Origin: Scenedesmus sp. PABB004
Taxonomy: Eukaryota
NCBI GenBank assembly: GCA_014905635.1
Contig: JABVCE010000023.1
Span: 310,001 to 374,000, forward strand
Length of the DNA stretch: 64,000 bases
Direction of reading: 5' to 3'
A model generated the notes under the pieces. The model saw only the letters and a program-made list of their open reading frames with translations. It searched no databases and had not been told where the DNA came from. This document shows, piece by piece, positions 59,975 through 64,000 of this stretch (the first letter of the stretch is position 1; every line of letters begins with the position of its first letter). Both the position numbers and the translations under genes were made by a program.

Positions 59975-61779
59975 ATGCGGGCGGCGCTCGCGCTGCTGCT
60001 CGCCGGCGGCGCGCTGCTGCTCGCGGCGGCGCCGCGGCCGGCGCGCGGCTACGAGTACGAGTACGACGGCGGCTACGACGGTGAGACGCCGGCGGCGAGA
60101 CGCCGGCGGCGAGACGCCGGTGGCCGCACGGGAGGGGCGCGGCGCCGGCGCGCGCGCTGCAGCGCCAACCGTCCGCGCGCCGCCGCCGCTGCTCCCCGCG
60201 CCGCCGCGCCGCCAGGGCTGTACGGCGATGACATGTACTACGACTACCTGGACGACTACGGCTACTACGGCGACGACGCAGACAGGCGCGCGCGCGGCGG
60301 CGGGCGGCGCAGCGGAGCGGCGGCGGGCGGCAGAGCCGAGCGGCGGCGGCACGCGCGCGCGACGGCGGTGCAGCGGAGCGGAGCGGGTCGGCAGTCGCCT
60401 GGGCAGCTGTCCCGCGGGCAGCTGTCCCGCGGGCAGCTGTCCCGAGGGCGCCAGCCCTGCCGGCAGCGCCTGCAGCGCGCGCGAGGGCGCGCCCGCGCTC
60501 ACGCCCTGCTCGCCCTCCCTCTCCTCCCCTCCTGCCGCGCCGCGCAGCTACTACGAGGAGTACGGCTACTACGCCGACGACGACTTCTTCGGATACGACG
60601 GTGAGCGGGCAGCGCCCACCGGGCGGCGGCGCGGGCGCGGCCGCGGCCGCGCCGCAGCGCGGGGCGTGGGGGCGGTCGCGCCGCAGCGGGGGGCGCGCGG
60701 GCGGCAGCGCGGACGGGGGCGGCAGTGCGGGGGGCGTGGGCGGCTGCGCGCGCCGCCCGCGGCGCCGGCAGCGGCTCACCCCGCCCGCCCGCCCGCGCGC
60801 CCCGCCCGCCCGCGCCCGCGCCCGCGCGTGTGCAGACTACTACGACGAGTACTACGGTGACCCGCCGCGCGCGCGCTCGCGGTCGGGCGGCCAGCTGCTG
60901 CAGCAGCAGCAGCAGCGGCAGCGGCAGCAGCAGCCCGCCCGCCCGGCGGCCGCTCACGCCGCCGCCCGCCCCTGCCCCCGCCCCGCGCCGCCGGCCCCAC
61001 CCCCCGCAGACTACTACGACGACGTCGACGCGCCCGCCGACTGCAGCGTGGAGAAGGACGGGCGCGTGAAGCTCGCCAACGGCACCGCGCCGTGCGACAT
61101 CCGCATCACCGGCGTGGACAAGCAGGCCGACAAGCTCCCGGGCGGCCTCGACGGCGTGTACAAGCTCACCGGCTGCCACGACGGCCGGCCGAGCTACAAG
61201 CGCGCGGGGTCGCCGCCGGGCGAGGACCGCGTGCTGTGGTACAGCCGCGGCTTTGGCGACTGGGACGTGAGCAAGGGCCCCGAGCCGACCGAGGCCGACA
61301 TCCTCATGTACGGCGGCGACATCGAGCACCACCCGGTGCCGCTCTTCGTCAAGGCCTGGCACCTCGGCGGCGACCTCAAGTCGGGCGGCGGCGCCAACGC
61401 CAGCGCCGGCGGCAGCGACGACGTGTACGTCCCCGTGGCCGCGCGGCTGGCGTGCGCCGACGGCACGGTCGTCAAGCCGCCGCCGGTCAACCCCGCGGTG
61501 CAAAAGGCGGGCCCGATCCTAACCGACGCGGAGATCGAGGCCAAGTACAAGCTCATCTACGAAAAGTACGGCCGCCGCCCGGAGCCCAACCCGAGCCTCA
61601 ACTTTAGCTTTGTCATCATGCTCGTCATGGTCGGCCTCGCCATCGTGCTCGCCATCCCCTACGCCCTCGTGCGCAAGCGCGGCGGCGCGCCCGGGGCCAA
61701 GGGCTACCAGCCCGTCGCGACGAGCTTCGCGGCGGTCATCCAGCAGAGCAAGAAGAAGCAGAGCGGCCACGCGCACTGA
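59975..61779 (+). CDS. Type I membrane protein with a Tyr/Asp-rich N-terminus (5 exons), unknown function
   Basis: Exons 59975-60080, 60216-60285, 60548-60600, 60836-60856 and 61010-61779 splice in frame. They give a signal peptide, a Y/D-rich tract, a globular Cys-containing domain, a TM (FSFVIMLVMVGLAIVLAIPYALV) and a basic tail ending KKKQSGHAH*. Confidence 0.8.
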
Positions 61780-62234
61780 GGCCGCGCGGCGGCGGCGCGC
61801 CGCGCGGCGCGGCGCGCGCTGCAGCAGCAGCAGCGCGGGCGCGGCGGCGACGGCGGCGGCCGAGGCCTGCGCGCTGGCCGACTGGGGAGCTGTGGCGGGG
61901 CGCGGCTGCCGGCAGCCGCGGCGCCGCCGAGCGTGGGGGGCTGTAGCCTAGGCGGGCGGCGGGGGCGGGCGGGCAGAGCGGCGGCGCGTGTGCAACGGCG
62001 AGACGGCGAGGCCCTGCGCGCGCGACAACCCAGTTGCCTGCCAGCCGCCGCCAACGCACGAGTCCGCTCGGCCCCAAAACTGCCCCGGCCGCGCGCGCCC
62101 CCGCGCCGCGCCGCACGAGAGCGCCCGCCGCCCCGCCTGGCTAGCCCCCGTCCGCCAACCCCTGCTGCTGCTGCTGCTGCTGACGCCGCCGCGCCGCTGC
62201 CGCTGCAGCGGCGCGCGCCGGCCGCCGCGCCGCG

Positions 62235-63085
62235 TCACCGCTGGCGCGGCGTCGTGCGCGGCGTGGTCTTGGGCGTGCTGCGGCCGCGCGCCGCGCTGCC
62301 GCCGCGCCGCGCGCCCGGGGCGCAGCCGCGGCGCTTGGGCTTTTTCTGGCGCAGCCGGCTGCTCAGCAGGTGCGCCAGCTTCAGCACGCCCGCGCCCAGC
62401 GCCAGCCCCACGCCGCCCGCCACGGTGGTCACCGTCACGCGCCGCGCGCGGCCGGGCAGCGCCGGCAGCGCCCCGGCGCCGCCGCCGCGGGCCGGCGGCC
62501 CTGCGAGCGCGTCGTCGCCGCCGGCGCCCGGCTGCGGCAGGCCGTGCAGGTCGCGTGCCGCGCTGTAGGGGCTCATGAGGCGGCGGAAGGTGACGTCCTC
62601 CGTCTCCTCGTCCGAGTAGCCCGCAATGTGCTCGCGCATGCGCCGCCTGCGGCGGCCGGCGGCAGCAGCAGCAGCGGGCGGCCGTGCCGTCGGCGCGCCC
62701 GCCCGCCCGCGCCGGGCGCGCCGGGCGCCGCCGCTGCGGGATCGCGGCGCCCACGGGGCGGGCCGTGGCCTGGGCGCGCAGGGGGCGGCGGGGCGCGCCT
62801 GTAATAGGCGTAGGCCGCGTCCTCCAGCTCCTCCGACATCTTGTCCTCGTCCGCGATGCTCCGCTCCACGATCCGCTTGCGCGCCTGCCGGAACTCGCGC
62901 GGCAGGTGGGCGATGGCCGCCTCGTAGAGCTCCAGCTCCTGCTCCGGGCTCAGCGGGCGCAGGTAGTCGTGCACGGCATCGAACACGCGCGTGCAGGCCC
63001 CCAGCACCGCGTGCACCGCGCCCGGCAGCAGCTCCGCGATGCGCGGCTCGGGCAGGTCGATCTTGAGCAGCGGGACGTAGACCAT
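62235..63085 (-). CDS. Hypothetical protein (helical acidic N-half, hydrophobic segment, basic C-tail), 2 exons
   Basis: MVYVPLLKIDLPEPRIAELL..ELEDAAYAYYR|RMREHIAGYSDEETEDVTFRRL..VAGGVGLALGAGVLKL..KKPKRR. Composition is coding-like; intron at 62647-62798; CCAAT upstream on the minus strand at ~63206. Confidence 0.6.
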
Positions 63086-63254
63086 CGCGCCGGCGCGCCG
63101 CCGCGCGGCGCGGCGGCGGCTGCTGCTGCGCTCGCAGAGCGCGGGGGTCTGGTGCCCGGTCCAGAGAGGTGCCAAGCGCTAGGGGGCCCTAGGGGGCCGG
63201 GGGTGATTGGACAAGGGCGCGGCGGCGGCGCGGCCGCGGTTCCGGCGCCCCCCG

Positions 63255-64000
63255 TCACGACGGCGCCGCGCCGCCGCAGGGCACCTGCGCGGCGGCGCCG
63301 GCGGGTCGGTGCTGCCACCGCCGCCGCGGCCGGCGCCGGCGCGGGGCGCGCACCAGCGGCAGGAGCTGGCGGTACAGCGGCGCCAGCACGCTCAGCCCGG
63401 GCGACAGGCTCTGCGCGCGGGGGCAGGGGTCGGGCGGCGGCCGGCGTGCGGCGTGCGGCAAGCCCCGCCGCGAGCCGACCGGCGCGCGCGGCGCGCGAGC
63501 GGGCCGCAAAGCCGTGCGCGGCGGCGGCGCCGCCGCCGCACCGGAAAGGCGAGCGCGATCTCCTCGCCCGTGTGGAGCAGGAACGCGAGGTGCACGTGGA
63601 CGTTGGTGGTCGTCAGCGTCTGCGCGGGCCGGCCGCGCGCGGCGGCGGCGGCGGCGGCTGGGCCCCGGCGCGTGCGGGCGCCGGCGGCGGGCGGGCGCCG
63701 GTGCGTGCGGGCAAGCGCGGGCGGGCGCGGGGGCGCGGCGGCTCGCCTCGTGCACGAACGCGCTGTGCAGGTCCGCCATGTCCAGGAACCGCGCCGCCCG
63801 CCCGCCCCAGCGCCGCCGCGAGGCCAGCAGCACGCCCACGCCCGCGAGCACGACGACCGACTCTGCGCGCCGCGCGGCGCGGCGGCAGGCACGCTCCCCA
63901 GGTGGCGGCGCCGCAGGAGCGCGCCGAGCGCAGCAGGGCGTGCTGCCGCGTGCCGCACCCGACGTGACCTCGCGCGCGGCGGCCCAGCCCGCGAGCAGCG
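63255..64000 (-). CDS. GPI-GlcNAc transferase subunit H (PIG-H)-like, 5' part outside the window
   Basis: Spliced exons read ESVVVLAGVGVLL..RFLDMADLHSAFVHE|TLTTTNVHVHLAFLL..EEIALAFP|SLSPGLSVLAPLYRQL. This fits the PIG-H pattern ES.lvi.g.G.q...rFi......i.ne....yL.......vvFp.l.P. Confidence 0.65.
   Translation of the reverse strand, partial: LLAGWAAAREVTSGAARGSTPCCARRAPAAPPPGERACRRAARRAESVVVLAGVGVLLASRRRWGGRAARFLDMADLHSAFVHEASRRAPAPARACPHAPAPARRRRPHAPGPSRRRRRRARPARADADDHQRPRAPRVPAPHGRGDRARLSGAAAAPPPRTALRPARAPRAPVGSRRGLPHAARRPPPDPCPRAQSLSPGLSVLAPLYRQLLPLVRAPRRRRPRRRWQHRPAGAAAQVPCGGAAPS

Noticed and set aside
1..64000. Hundreds of long overlapping Arg/Ala/Pro/Gly-rich ORFs on both strands
   Set aside because: Stop codons are rare at this GC content. 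These frames have no motifs and overlap recognisable spliced genes, so they are not evidence of overlapping or antisense genes.

Overview
Eukaryotic nuclear DNA, extremely GC-rich (roughly 75-80% by eye), gene-dense and full of short introns. The gene content (LHCBM, PBCP-like phosphatase, HST, axonemal dynein) points to a chlorophyte green alga, probably Chlorophyceae/Sphaeropleales (inference). Most six-frame ORFs are GC artefacts, so genes were rebuilt exon by exon. About 17 protein-coding genes are supported: ER HSP70-like HYOU1/GRP170 (partial), a receptor-like TKL kinase, GLYR, an orphan gene, LHCBM, a class I HDAC, proteasome beta5, ABT1/ESF2, a CNBD-containing K+ channel, a lipoyl-like domain protein, an LRR-receptor nucleotide cyclase, a PBCP/PTC7-like PP2C, an axonemal dynein heavy chain, HST, a Tyr/Asp-rich membrane protein, an unknown protein and PIG-H (partial). 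No rRNA, tRNA, CRISPR or transposase was seen. The most notable observations are: (1) about 20 inferred GC-AG introns, together with TGCAA apparently replacing the algal TGTAA poly(A) signal; (2) a surface protein whose N-terminus is about 75% Tyr+Asp/Glu and is built from micro-exons; (3) a local duplication that put a copy of the GLYR/LHCBM intergenic promoter in front of an orphan gene whose stop lies in antisense GLYR sequence; (4) an LRR-TM-tandem cyclase next to a cNMP-binding K+ channel; (5) a stand-alone lipoyl-like domain with no lipoyl-lysine. Exon boundaries are manual inferences, and several 1-2 nt frameshifts look like assembly errors.
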